Of a stretch of DNA of 64,000 nt, positions 36,818 through 46,428 are shown in pieces. Origin of the DNA: an uncultured Clostridia bacterium (GTDB lineage: Bacteria; Bacillota; Clostridia; Christensenellales; UBA1242). The notes beneath the pieces are model-generated. The model was not told the DNA's origin. It saw only the letters and a list, made by a program, of their open reading frames with translations, and ran no database searches. Each line of letters opens with the position of its first letter. Positions within the stretch are counted from its first letter, which is position 1. The stretch spans positions 129,663 through 193,662 of the forward strand of contig CAKNRR010000002.1 in assembly GCA_930990975.1 (NCBI GenBank), given 5' to 3'. The position numbers and the translations under genes are program-made.

Positions 36818-36902
36818 ATCTTTATCTTTTGCAAGTAATAAAAATGTATTCATTATATGTATAAAATTATAAATTTTACGCAAACAATATAAGGAGGAAT
36901 TT

Positions 36903-37346
36903 ATGGAAAACAAAGAACTTTTAACTGAATATCTAAATGCTATTTATCAAAATATCAAAACCGCCGTGCAATCTATTGAGGACATTATTCCAAAAATAAA
37001 AGACAGCAATTTCCAAAAGGAACTTGCAAGTCAAGAGGATAAATATTTAGCTTTAGAAAAAGAATGCGAACTTTTCGCAAAAGCAGAAAAAATTGAAGGA
37101 ATCAAAGATAACAATTGGTTTGAAAAAGCAAGGTTATGGAGCTCTATCAATATGTCTACAATGACAGATAAGACAAACAGGCATATTGCAGAGCTTTTGC
37201 TTCTTGGCACTTTTATGGGCTTTCTTACTTGTGTTAAAGATCAAGCCGACCACAAAGATGTATCAAAAGAATTGGATGAAATTTTGACAAATTTAAAAGA
37301 ATTAGAAAGGAAAAATATTGACGCACTTATTCCTTATCTTGTCTGA
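36903..37346 (+). CDS. hypothetical helical protein
   Basis: 147 aa with a strong SD (aaggagg). All-helical by composition. No family recognised. Confidence 0.5.
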   Translation: MENKELLTEYLNAIYQNIKTAVQSIEDIIPKIKDSNFQKELASQEDKYLALEKECELFAKAEKIEGIKDNNWFEKARLWSSINMSTMTDKTNRHIAELLLLGTFMGFLTCVKDQADHKDVSKELDEILTNLKELERKNIDALIPYLV

Positions 37347-38202
37347 TTATCTCTTTTAAAGATGAATTAATTGGATAAATAAGCGACAAATTTTTTACCT
37401 TGTTTTCGTCTAAAAATATACTTTTCCCATTTTTAAAAACAATGACAAAGATTGTTAATCTATTTATTTCAATATGTTTCAAAAGTGATGAGAGCAAAAC
37501 ATCTTCATTCACCGTTATAAAATAAGGTTTTGAGAAGTTTTTATTCTCTTTCTTAAAAACTGATATTGACTGATATTTGCTGTCATATTTTGATTCAAAA
37601 ACACCAAATAAAAGAAATACTCCGCTTAAACATAAGGTGGGATTAAAGTTTATAAAACAAGTTACAAAAAAGCAAATTAGCAGTAAAGCTGAAAAGCAAT
37701 AGTTTAATCTATAAACTATATTTACTGCTTTTTTTCTTGGAATATAATGGGATAATATGCCAACAAGAATCCGCCCTCCATCTAAAGGATAACAAGGCAA
37801 GAGATTAAATAGTCCTAAAATAAAAGATTGCTCTACAAAAATGTAACTATAATTATACAAGCTTGGGGCCGCCCACCACAAAGAAACCACAACAAGACTT
37901 AAAAAAATATTGACAAAAGGTCCAGCAAGAGCTATCAAAATTTCATCCTTCATCTCAAAAGCTTTATCTTTATAATTTAAAGATACTCCATATGGAGCAA
38001 TAAAAAAGCTATCAAGTTTATATCCCAGTTTTTTTGCAACCCAATAATGCCCTAATTCATGCGTAATAACAACTGACACAAACAAAAAAAATGATATAAA
38101 ATTTTTAGTTAAAATAAACCACAAAAACAAAAGAATAAAAGTTGGGTGAACTGGTATTTTTTTAAAAAAGCCATCAGTTTTTTTTAATACCCGAGTCCCC
38201 AT
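37327..38202 (-). CDS. spoIVFB: M50 site-2 protease, SpoIVFB-like
   Basis: HELGHYWVAKKLGY (HExxH) and NLLPCYPLDGGRIL (LDG motif) within a polytopic membrane domain, plus a soluble C-terminal domain. A pro-sigma-K-like gene is present in the same window. SD aggag lies 6 nt before the ATG. Confidence 0.7.
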   Translation of the reverse strand: MGTRVLKKTDGFFKKIPVHPTFILLFLWFILTKNFISFFLFVSVVITHELGHYWVAKKLGYKLDSFFIAPYGVSLNYKDKAFEMKDEILIALAGPFVNIFLSLVVVSLWWAAPSLYNYSYIFVEQSFILGLFNLLPCYPLDGGRILVGILSHYIPRKKAVNIVYRLNYCFSALLLICFFVTCFINFNPTLCLSGVFLLFGVFESKYDSKYQSISVFKKENKNFSKPYFITVNEDVLLSSLLKHIEINRLTIFVIVFKNGKSIFLDENKVKNLSLIYPINSSLKEIIRQDKE

Positions 38203-38617
38203 AAAACTCCTAAAACAATCTCTACCACAACAAAAAATGCAAAGAAAATATATATCAAAATTTTCTTATTTACCTTATATTTAACTTTAGTAAAAGCATA
38301 TCGTTCTCCATAACTTTTTATCTTTTTATTCATAACTTATAGATATGCTTTTGTTTGATTTTAATGCTAAAAAAAGTCAAGCGTGCTTGAAATCGTTATT
38401 TAATATTTTTTCTCTCCACCCATTCTATCAAACATAGTTAAATAATTTTATTATTAGTCTTAAGCATGTAAACCAGATAGTTTGAGGATAGCTATTAACC
38501 AAATATCATTTGTTTTTTAAAACAGACCACAGGCAAAATTATAATAAAAAATACATACTAGCACAATATATAGTAGTATGTATTGTTTACTTGTATGAAA
38601 ATATAGATTTTCAACTT

Positions 38618-39313
38618 TTATCCAACATCATTCAAATTGTTATCATCTTCATCAGTTGAAGCTTCAACTTTTTCTATTGTTTCGCCTTTCAGAAAGTCTG
38701 GCAACTCTTCATTAAATTCAATATCTTCAACATTTCTAAACAAAGTATCCCCTTGACTTTCATCAGCTTCTTGTCTTATTGTTTTAATTCTTTCCAGCAA
38801 TTCTTCATAATCAGGCAATTCATTGACATCTTTTATATCAAATCTTTTCAAAAAGTTTTCTGTTGTTCCAAACAAAAGAGGTTTCCCTACAGCGTCTTTA
38901 CGCCCTACAACTTCAATCATATTTTGGTCTATAAGAATTTGCACTGCATAATCAGAATTAACACCTCTTATATCTTCTATATCAAGTTTTGTGATTGGTT
39001 GTTTATAAGCTATTATAGCCAACGTTTCAAGAGCTGCTCTTGTTAAAGATTTTTCACGAATAGGATTTAAAACATCTGAAATATATGAAGAATAATTTGG
39101 ATTTGTTGCTAGCTGTATCTTATTCTTATACTCTATCAAATGTATCCCTTTATCTCCACTTAATTCCTTTTTAAGTTCATCTACAGCCTTTTCCAATTCG
39201 CTTTTACTTACATCTAATTTTTCAGCAATAAATGATTTCTCAATTCCATCGCCTGCTACAAATAAAATGGAAAATAATATCTCTTTTAAATTTTTATCAT
39301 CTAAAATATTCAT
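38618..39313 (-). CDS. scpB: segregation and condensation protein B
   Basis: ILFVAGDGI.., ETLAIIAYKQPITK..IE.IRGV. Immediately follows scpA. Confidence 0.9.
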   Translation of the reverse strand: MNILDDKNLKEILFSILFVAGDGIEKSFIAEKLDVSKSELEKAVDELKKELSGDKGIHLIEYKNKIQLATNPNYSSYISDVLNPIREKSLTRAALETLAIIAYKQPITKLDIEDIRGVNSDYAVQILIDQNMIEVVGRKDAVGKPLLFGTTENFLKRFDIKDVNELPDYEELLERIKTIRQEADESQGDTLFRNVEDIEFNEELPDFLKGETIEKVEASTDEDDNNLNDVG

Positions 39314-39315
39314 GA

Positions 39316-40116
39316 TTATACCTCATTTGAAATTATATTGATTTGTTGGAAAATACCCATTTGTTCAACCCTGACAGATTGCAATTTTAACAATTCAAGC
39401 AATGCCAAGAAAACATTAATCATTTCACTCTTTGTCATATCTTTCGCAAAAAGTTCCTCAAAAGGAAATCTTCTATGTTCTCTTGCATAACTTCTTATTG
39501 ATATTATTTTTTCCGCCACAGTAAATCTGTCTTTAACGATTTTTTTAGGCTCTTCTTTATCTTTTCCCCTAGCCTCTTGACGAACAAGCAATTTAGCAAA
39601 AGCATCCAACAATTTATCAAGGACCATATCTTTTATTATGATTTTAACCTTCTCAGTTTCTTTGCCAGGTTGTCTATAAAGTTTGTTTATATCTTCTATT
39701 TCTTTTAATCTAGCCCCTGTCTTTTTAAACAGTTCATATTCCTTTAATCGTTGCAACAACAATGCTTCGCTATCTTCTTCGTCAACATTTTCTTCAACCT
39801 CAACAGGCAACAAATGCTTTGATTTAATTTCTATTAAAGTTGCTGCCACAGTTATAAATTCGCTCGCCCTATCCATGTCTACACTGTCAATATCCTGCAT
39901 ATACTCCAAATACTGTTCGGTTATATCAGCAAGCTTAATCGTCATTATATCGAGTTTTGCATCCTTTATTAAATGCAAAAGCAAATCTAATGGGCCTTCA
40001 AAATTATCAAGTTTGAATCTATACTTATCATCAACAAAAGAAAGTTGTTCAGTTTCTGCAACTCCCTCTTCAACAGGTTCTTTATTCTCTATATTCTTGT
40101 TATCTAAATCTTGCAC
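39316..40116 (-). CDS. scpA: segregation and condensation protein A (kleisin)
   Basis: FEGPLDLLLHLIKDAKLDI, and the C-terminal winged helix (..FLALLEL.K...V...Q). Confidence 0.9.
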   Translation of the reverse strand: MQDLDNKNIENKEPVEEGVAETEQLSFVDDKYRFKLDNFEGPLDLLLHLIKDAKLDIMTIKLADITEQYLEYMQDIDSVDMDRASEFITVAATLIEIKSKHLLPVEVEENVDEEDSEALLLQRLKEYELFKKTGARLKEIEDINKLYRQPGKETEKVKIIIKDMVLDKLLDAFAKLLVRQEARGKDKEEPKKIVKDRFTVAEKIISIRSYAREHRRFPFEELFAKDMTKSEMINVFLALLELLKLQSVRVEQMGIFQQINIISNEV

Positions 40117-40591
40117 AACTTTCTCCTAAATTGAAACCAACTTTTCAGCATTATTGCAATTATTAAGCAATTAATTAAAATAGATAAGAAGTTTTTTTTC
40201 AATACAAAAATTCCAATATAATTATATTAAAAAAATGATGAAAAATCAAGTGTTTTATTTGATTTATTTTTTATCATAATTCCTTTAAAATCATTGAGAA
40301 ATTTACAACAATCTTGATAGCAAAAAATATGTGATATTGAGATTTTGCTGGCATGAATTTGATAAATTTTAAAAATTCAAGCGCAAATGAACTTCAACGC
40401 ATAGTAAGCAAAAGCATCAATTTTGCTCAAATATAACTTTTCTCGTTTGAAGATGACTTCCAATAGCAATAAAAGATTTTATCATGCAAAAGTAAAAAAT
40501 AAAATCTCTTTACAAATTCAAGGCAAAAAATAAAATTTTATGTTAAAAATCTTTTGTCATTTTCGACAAAATTTGCTATTATTCTCCTTGT

Positions 40592-41212
40592 ATGAATAAG
40601 CGCACTTCGTCAATCTTAGTAAGCCTATTTCTTCTTTTTATAAGTATCGGTTTACTTTTGGTTTATTTCGTATTTAAAGATAAAAATAATGATAAGGTAA
40701 GCCCCCTATCTTTATTTGCAAACGACCAAATTCTCTATGTCGGCGAAGATGTATATAATTTCTATAATGTATCAGATAAAAATGCTTTAATAGAATTTGA
40801 TGTAAGTAAGCAAAATATAATAAGTGTCAATAAAGACAAAATTTCTGGTATTTCGGCTGGCGAAGTATACTTGACAATAACAGCGACACTCAACAGAGAA
40901 ACAACTAAAACACAACTAAAAGTAACAGTTTTAAATCATGACTACACCATAAATATCATGCCAGAAATGAGCTGTTATTTTCAAAACAATACACTATTTA
41001 TTAATGCCGATGTATGTCAATTCCAACTGAATGTTTTTGATAGACTAAACAACAAAATTGACAATCTAAACTATCTCATTCAAACTACGAATGACGCTGC
41101 TATAGAAAGAAATTTCTTGAGTTTCCAACTTTATTCAACACAAAATTGCCAAGTGATTTTTATTTTTGAAGATATTGATTTTCAAGTCGCAATAAATGTT
41201 GTAAGAATTTAA
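40592..41212 (+). CDS. membrane-anchored protein with Ig-like (Big_2-like) repeat(s)
   Basis: N-terminal TM/signal anchor. ISGISAGEVYLTITATL...QLKVTVL is a Big_2-like strand pattern. Weak call. Confidence 0.4.
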   Translation: MNKRTSSILVSLFLLFISIGLLLVYFVFKDKNNDKVSPLSLFANDQILYVGEDVYNFYNVSDKNALIEFDVSKQNIISVNKDKISGISAGEVYLTITATLNRETTKTQLKVTVLNHDYTINIMPEMSCYFQNNTLFINADVCQFQLNVFDRLNNKIDNLNYLIQTTNDAAIERNFLSFQLYSTQNCQVIFIFEDIDFQVAINVVRI

Positions 41213-41337
41213 ATAAACCACATCCGCAGGATACAAATCAAACCACGCTTGTTTATTGTTACAAAATCGGACTTGAAAAAACAAATAAACAAATTAAAAC
41301 AAAAACATTCTTTTTAAAGACAACCTGTAATTGTAAC

Positions 41338-41369
41338 TAAAAAGCACGGAATAGTCGCCGTGCTTTTTT
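41338..41369. terminator. bidirectional terminator
   Basis: aaaaagcacgg-aatagtcg-ccgtgctttttt between convergent genes. Confidence 0.7.
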
Positions 41370-41385
41370 CATCTATCAAATAAAC

Positions 41386-42555
41386 CTACCATGTTTCAAC
41401 AATCTTGTCAAAGCAATCTTTTAAAGTCAAAGGCTCTAAAGTTTCTTTTATAATCAAAGATATTTCTTTTACAACATTGCCATCTTTAGATATAATTGCT
41501 TTTCCAACTGTTTCACCCTCTTTTTTAGGTGCAGATATTTTGGCTGGGTTCTCAAAAGTTGCATCATAATTATGCTCCACACCTTTTTTAACTATAACAG
41601 AGAAATCTTCATTTGCAAAAATATCAACAGTTTCTTTCTTCCCTTTATTTACTTTTAAATTTGCAACTGGGGAATTTGAGCTTATTATATTTTTACTTTC
41701 AAAATTTGCAAATCCATAATTGAACAATTTAGAACATTCATTAAATCTAGTTTGACTGTTTTTAGCACCTATTATGACAGAGATTAAACGCATATTATTT
41801 CTTTTCGCAGATGCTGACAAACAACAACCAGCTTCATTTGTTGAGCCTGTTTTCCCACCATCACATCCATCGTAATATTTAATAAGTCTGTTTGTATTTA
41901 CGAGTTCGGTTTTTCTCCCTGATGGGTGTACCAATTCATCCATCCAAATCGTACTAAATTCATGATATAACTCATGTTCTGCCACTTCTTTTAAAACTAT
42001 CGCACAATCATAGGCACAAGAATATTGTTCTGGTGCTGGAAGTCCAGTACAATTTACATAGTGTGTATCATTCATATTCAACTCTTTTGCTTTTTCATTC
42101 ATTCTAGATACAAAAGTTTTTTCACTTCCACTAATATGTTCTGCTAAAGCAACAGAAGCATCGTTTGCTGAAGCCATAACAACACTCTTAAGCAAATCAC
42201 CCGCACTATATTCAACATACGGATCAATGAAAACTTGACTTCCTCCCATTCCTGAAGCATTTTCGGTTGTTGTGATCATTGTATCTTTTGTCAAATTCCC
42301 TTTATCAAACTCTTCAAGAGTTATCAATATTGTCATCATCTTGACCATACTTGCAATTGGCAAATGCTCTTTTGGATTTTGTGAAAACAAAACCGTCCCT
42401 GAAGCATAATCAACCAAACAAGCACTCTTACATGTCAAATCAACTTCGCCATCTGCTCTAGTATAAAATGGCATATTAGTACAAAATATAGTAGCTAATA
42501 TGCACAATAAGATACATAATACAAATACTTTCTTTGTTATAAATTCTTTCATCAA
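41386..42555 (-). CDS. D-alanyl-D-alanine carboxypeptidase (S11, DacB/DacF-like)
   Basis: SxxK = ASMVKMMT, SxN = SANDA, KTG = KTGST. Signal peptide present. Occupies the scpA-scpB-(x)-dacB position as in B. subtilis. Confidence 0.88.
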   Translation of the reverse strand: MMKEFITKKVFVLCILLCILATIFCTNMPFYTRADGEVDLTCKSACLVDYASGTVLFSQNPKEHLPIASMVKMMTILITLEEFDKGNLTKDTMITTTENASGMGGSQVFIDPYVEYSAGDLLKSVVMASANDASVALAEHISGSEKTFVSRMNEKAKELNMNDTHYVNCTGLPAPEQYSCAYDCAIVLKEVAEHELYHEFSTIWMDELVHPSGRKTELVNTNRLIKYYDGCDGGKTGSTNEAGCCLSASAKRNNMRLISVIIGAKNSQTRFNECSKLFNYGFANFESKNIISSNSPVANLKVNKGKKETVDIFANEDFSVIVKKGVEHNYDATFENPAKISAPKKEGETVGKAIISKDGNVVKEISLIIKETLEPLTLKDCFDKIVETW

Positions 42556-42742
42556 CCTTCTCCTTTGTCAATTAGTTTTTTCAAAATCTTTTTTTTTATA
42601 CTTTATATTTGATAATTTTATTTTAAGACAACTTTAAAAAAGAAGGCTTGGCAAAAGAAGTTTTAACAAAAATGATTAACAAGAAAAAATGAATAAAAAC
42701 TTCAAAATCAATATTTACTAAATCAAAATAAACATTTCTAAA

Positions 42743-43360
42743 TTATATAACAAGGATAATCTTAGCACTAAATAGAGCTAACAATATGCTTTCTAAAGCA
42801 CATAACAATAATAGAATAATGACTGAATATAAAGCAATCTTCGTCTTTTGTTTTGGAACTTTGCACCCTCCAAACCTATTGTTATCACAAAAAGTTTTAG
42901 ACATAAGAATAAAGAATATAGCAAGAGTTGCAAGCACTGCCAACTGACATGGAAAAGCCACTATAATTGAGACCACAACACCAGAAAATCCATAAAATAC
43001 TATCATTAAACAAATATTCAATCCTAATAAATAAGCTCTATAAATCAAAAATATAAAGCCCATAGGAAATAAATATTTATTATACGAGCATCCAAATAGA
43101 ATTAAGAATATGAACAACATCGAAAATAATCTCGTGAAAAAAGTAGAAGAGCTCACTTCGTTTGAAGAAATATCTACAACACCAAAATTATCAGAAATAT
43201 TGTAATTATTATGAGTTTTTGCTGCGACTATTATCCCCGTCAAAAAAGCAATAACTATAAATGTTGTAATGATTATAGTTTTAATTTTACACTCTTTTAT
43301 AATATCAAAAACAAAGGTGCAAGAATCTTTAAAAAATCGGTTTTTGTTTTTTCTTGTCAT
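42743..43360 (-). CDS. spoIIM: stage II sporulation protein M-like membrane protein
   Basis: 205 aa with ~5 TM helices. Size and topology match SpoIIM, and AFPCQLAVLATLAIFF aligns with SpoIIM VLPQNILLIPAYLIMG by eye. Moderate call. Confidence 0.5.
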   Translation of the reverse strand: MTRKNKNRFFKDSCTFVFDIIKECKIKTIIITTFIVIAFLTGIIVAAKTHNNYNISDNFGVVDISSNEVSSSTFFTRLFSMLFIFLILFGCSYNKYLFPMGFIFLIYRAYLLGLNICLMIVFYGFSGVVVSIIVAFPCQLAVLATLAIFFILMSKTFCDNNRFGGCKVPKQKTKIALYSVIILLLLCALESILLALFSAKIILVI

Positions 43361-43634
43361 ATTTTAAGTTATGAATAAGTTATAAAAAAAAGAACTTATT
43401 TCATAAATTCCAATATAGATTATTATGCTTTCGTTTTGATTACCCCAAATCACACAATTAAGTAAACCAGAAGAATTTGACAACCTATTCTTTTATTTTA
43501 AAGATAGTATAAAACATTTTAATAGACAAAAAACATTCTGAAATTAAGTCATATTTAACAAATAAAGAGTTGTTGGCATTCATCCAACAACTCTTGTTTC
43601 TGCCTCATAAGCCTCTTCAGCTCCCCAGCATACT

Positions 43635-44208
43635 TTATTTTTTATCTTCAAACTCTTCTGGATGAAGTCGTTTGTATCTTTCTTTGGCTTTAAATATTAA
43701 AGGAAAATATTTGTCTTTAATTTTTTTCTCTGCAATATAATTTGTGTCTAATCCTGTTGGATTAGGCAATTGATTTATCTCGTCTAACATTTTATCAATT
43801 ATTTTTTTACATTCTGGTATTTCTGTTATATTTTTCATATAGAACATATCCTTTATCTTTCAGATATTCCATATAAAAATCTTCTACCTTGCTGAAATCA
43901 TTGATTTTATCAGCTTCCTGTAACCCGTAATGGTATAAATCATTATAAGGCATATCCAATTTTTTTAAGAATTTTACTCTATATGTATTATTTTTGTCAA
44001 CTAAATAAAACATTGTATTTAATTTATTTTGCATATAATACAAATCATCTTTACTAAAACTATGTGGCTCTATATGATTATGTATATCTATTGCTTCATC
44101 TAAATCTATTTTATCTGATGGATTTACATAATTCTCATCGCCTTCTGTATGCCATACATTTCCATATTTGTCAACTATTATGTTATGCTCTATAAGTTCG
44201 CAAGCCAA
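43635..44208 (-). pseudogene. frameshifted, probably 5'-truncated gene with a JAB/RadC-like HNH..S..D motif
   Basis: ORFs 43807..44208 and 43635..43847 overlap by 41 nt in different frames at gaaaaat (~43840). The upstream ORF starts at a TTG directly after an in-frame TGA and has no SD. Motif ..WHTEGDE..(26 aa)..IHNHIEPHSFSKDD resembles E...HxHx(7)SxxD, but with a 6-residue spacer. Confidence 0.4.
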
Positions 44209-44281
44209 TCATAATATGCTTGTAATATTGATTTTAGCATTAATTTAACATTCAAGTCAAGATTTTTATAATTTTTAAAGT

Positions 44282-45505
44282 TTAGTATAGTTCTATTAAT
44301 TTTTCAGCAAAAGTTTTTACATGTTCATAAGTCAAACCGCCTTGGAAATAAGCTATATATGGTGCTCTTATTGGACTATCACATGAAAGCTCTATTGAAG
44401 AACCGCCTACAAATGTGCCTGCTGCCATTATGACTTGATCTGTATAGCCAGGCATATCCCAAGGGATAGGCAAAACATAACCATCTATTGGGGATACTGC
44501 TTGCACTGTTTGAACAAACTTTATTAGTTCATCCGCAGTGTTGAATATGACTGATTTAACAATATCTTCTGGTTGTTCGTCATTTGATGGAATAACTTTA
44601 TAACCTTTATCTTCCATAATTTGTCCTACTAAAGCTGTCCCCTTAAGTGCTTGCGCAACTGTATGAGGTGCCATAAACAAGCCTTGATAGAATAATCTAT
44701 ACCCTTGCTCAAATGAACCTATTTCCAACTTTAAAGAAGGATTGGTATATCTTGCTGAAATCATATCAATAGCTTCTTCACTTCCAACAATATAGCCACC
44801 CGTTGGAGCTAGTCCACCACCCGGATTTTTTATCAAAGAGCCAACTATCACGTCAGCGCCAACATTTGTAGGCTCTATATCATCCACAAATTCGCCATAG
44901 CAATTATCAACGACAATCTTTGTTTGAGGAGAAATTTTCTTCACATTTTCAAACAATTCTTTCATATCATAAGGAGAAATTGCCTTTCTGCTGCTATACC
45001 CCCTAGACCTTTGCAAATAAACCATTGCAGGTTTCATTTTTTTGACTTTTTTATAAATTTTGTCGTAATCAAATTCTCCGTTTCCTATCAAATCAATTTG
45101 CTCATATTTGACGCCATAATCTTCAAGTGATGAATTATTCTTGCCAAACAATGTTTCATGCAAAGTATCGTAAGGCAAACCTGTGACAGAAAGCATCACA
45201 TCACCATTCTTCAAAAGTCCATAAAGGACTGTTGAAATCGCATGTGTCCCACAAGTAAGCAATGGAGAAACAATAGCCTTTTCTCCTCCAAAAACTTTTG
45301 CGTATACACTTGCAAGTGTATCCCTTCCAACATCACTATAACCATAGCCAGTTGTCCCAGCAAAACACTGTGATGAAACTTTAAGTTCTATAAACGCATT
45401 CAAAACCTTTTTTTGATTTTTAAAGGATATTTCATCAATTTTTGAAAATCTGTTTTTTAATTTTTCTTCTGTTTCTTTTAAAATTTTATTTGTATCTATA
45501 GCCAT
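44282..45505 (-). CDS. ynbB: YnbB-like PLP enzyme (methionine gamma-lyase/aluminium-resistance family)
   Basis: 407 aa. The pattern F...KVS...F.GTTGYGY.D.GRD.L..VYA.VFG.E.A.V matches this family (recollection). Confidence 0.7.
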   Translation of the reverse strand: MAIDTNKILKETEEKLKNRFSKIDEISFKNQKKVLNAFIELKVSSQCFAGTTGYGYSDVGRDTLASVYAKVFGGEKAIVSPLLTCGTHAISTVLYGLLKNGDVMLSVTGLPYDTLHETLFGKNNSSLEDYGVKYEQIDLIGNGEFDYDKIYKKVKKMKPAMVYLQRSRGYSSRKAISPYDMKELFENVKKISPQTKIVVDNCYGEFVDDIEPTNVGADVIVGSLIKNPGGGLAPTGGYIVGSEEAIDMISARYTNPSLKLEIGSFEQGYRLFYQGLFMAPHTVAQALKGTALVGQIMEDKGYKVIPSNDEQPEDIVKSVIFNTADELIKFVQTVQAVSPIDGYVLPIPWDMPGYTDQVIMAAGTFVGGSSIELSCDSPIRAPYIAYFQGGLTYEHVKTFAEKLIELY

Positions 45506-46419
45506 TTATCTATCTCCTTACACATATCATCAAAAGCTTTATTTTTATCTTCATTGTAAATATAAACTACATTATTTAAACCACGCAAAAATGTAAGTTG
45601 TCTTTTAGCGTAATTTCGCGTATGTTGTTTTATTAATTCAATCATTTTGTCTTTATCTATTTGATTATCCAAATATGCCACTACTTCTTTGTAACCAATA
45701 GCACGCATAGGTTGCAACTGAGAGCCATATTTCTTATACAAAGCTTCTACCTCTTTTATTAATCCTTCAGCTAGCATTTTGTCAACACGATTATTAATCT
45801 TTGTGTATAATTTTTGTCTATCCATGATTATAGCAAATAATTTAAAATCATATTCACACTCTTGCGTCTTGGTTTGAGCTTCTCCAAATTCTGCTATTTC
45901 CATAGCTCTTATTAATCTGACACTATTTTTGTAATCTAGATTGCTCGCAAGTTTTGGATTAATTTGCTTTAACTTATTATAAACAAATTCATTTCCAAAT
46001 TCTTTTATATCATTTTCAACTTGTTTCCTATAATCTTCATGTTTATCTGTATTTCCAAAATTATAGCCCTCTATCAAGGCTTTAACATAAAGAGCTGTTC
46101 CTCCAACGATGATTGGCAATTTAGCTCTTTTTACAATTTCATCTATTTTTATTTTTGTATATTCAACAAAATCGTAAACAGAAAATTCTTCATTAGGGTC
46201 TTTTATATCAATGCCATAATGAATCACACCTTTCATCTCTTCAGGTCTTATTTTGGCTGACCCAATATTGAAATGGCGGTATACTTGCACAGAATCTACA
46301 GAAATAATTTCGCCATTATATTTTAAAGCAAGATTTACTGCAAGGTCTGATTTTCCCGCTCCTGTCGCTCCTAAAATAAAGAGAACTTTGGGCTTATCTT
46401 TTTTTGTTTCCATGTTCAC
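45496..46419 (-). CDS. miaA: tRNA dimethylallyltransferase
   Basis: ILGATGAGKSDLAVNLA (P-loop), VDSVQVYR...IGSAKI, GGTALY, R..NYAKRQLTF. Confidence 0.92.
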   Translation of the reverse strand: MNMETKKDKPKVLFILGATGAGKSDLAVNLALKYNGEIISVDSVQVYRHFNIGSAKIRPEEMKGVIHYGIDIKDPNEEFSVYDFVEYTKIKIDEIVKRAKLPIIVGGTALYVKALIEGYNFGNTDKHEDYRKQVENDIKEFGNEFVYNKLKQINPKLASNLDYKNSVRLIRAMEIAEFGEAQTKTQECEYDFKLFAIIMDRQKLYTKINNRVDKMLAEGLIKEVEALYKKYGSQLQPMRAIGYKEVVAYLDNQIDKDKMIELIKQHTRNYAKRQLTFLRGLNNVVYIYNEDKNKAFDDMCKEIDKWL

Positions 46420-46428
46420 CTCTTTATT

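Noticed and set aside
40117-40591. Long (475 nt) intergenic region upstream of scpA. The 38340-38617 and 63229-63577 spacers were also checked for sRNAs or riboswitches.
   Set aside because: Only short (5-6 bp) hairpins were found, and no conserved riboswitch cores that I recognise. These are probably divergent promoter regions in AT-rich DNA. This cannot be excluded without covariance-model searches.
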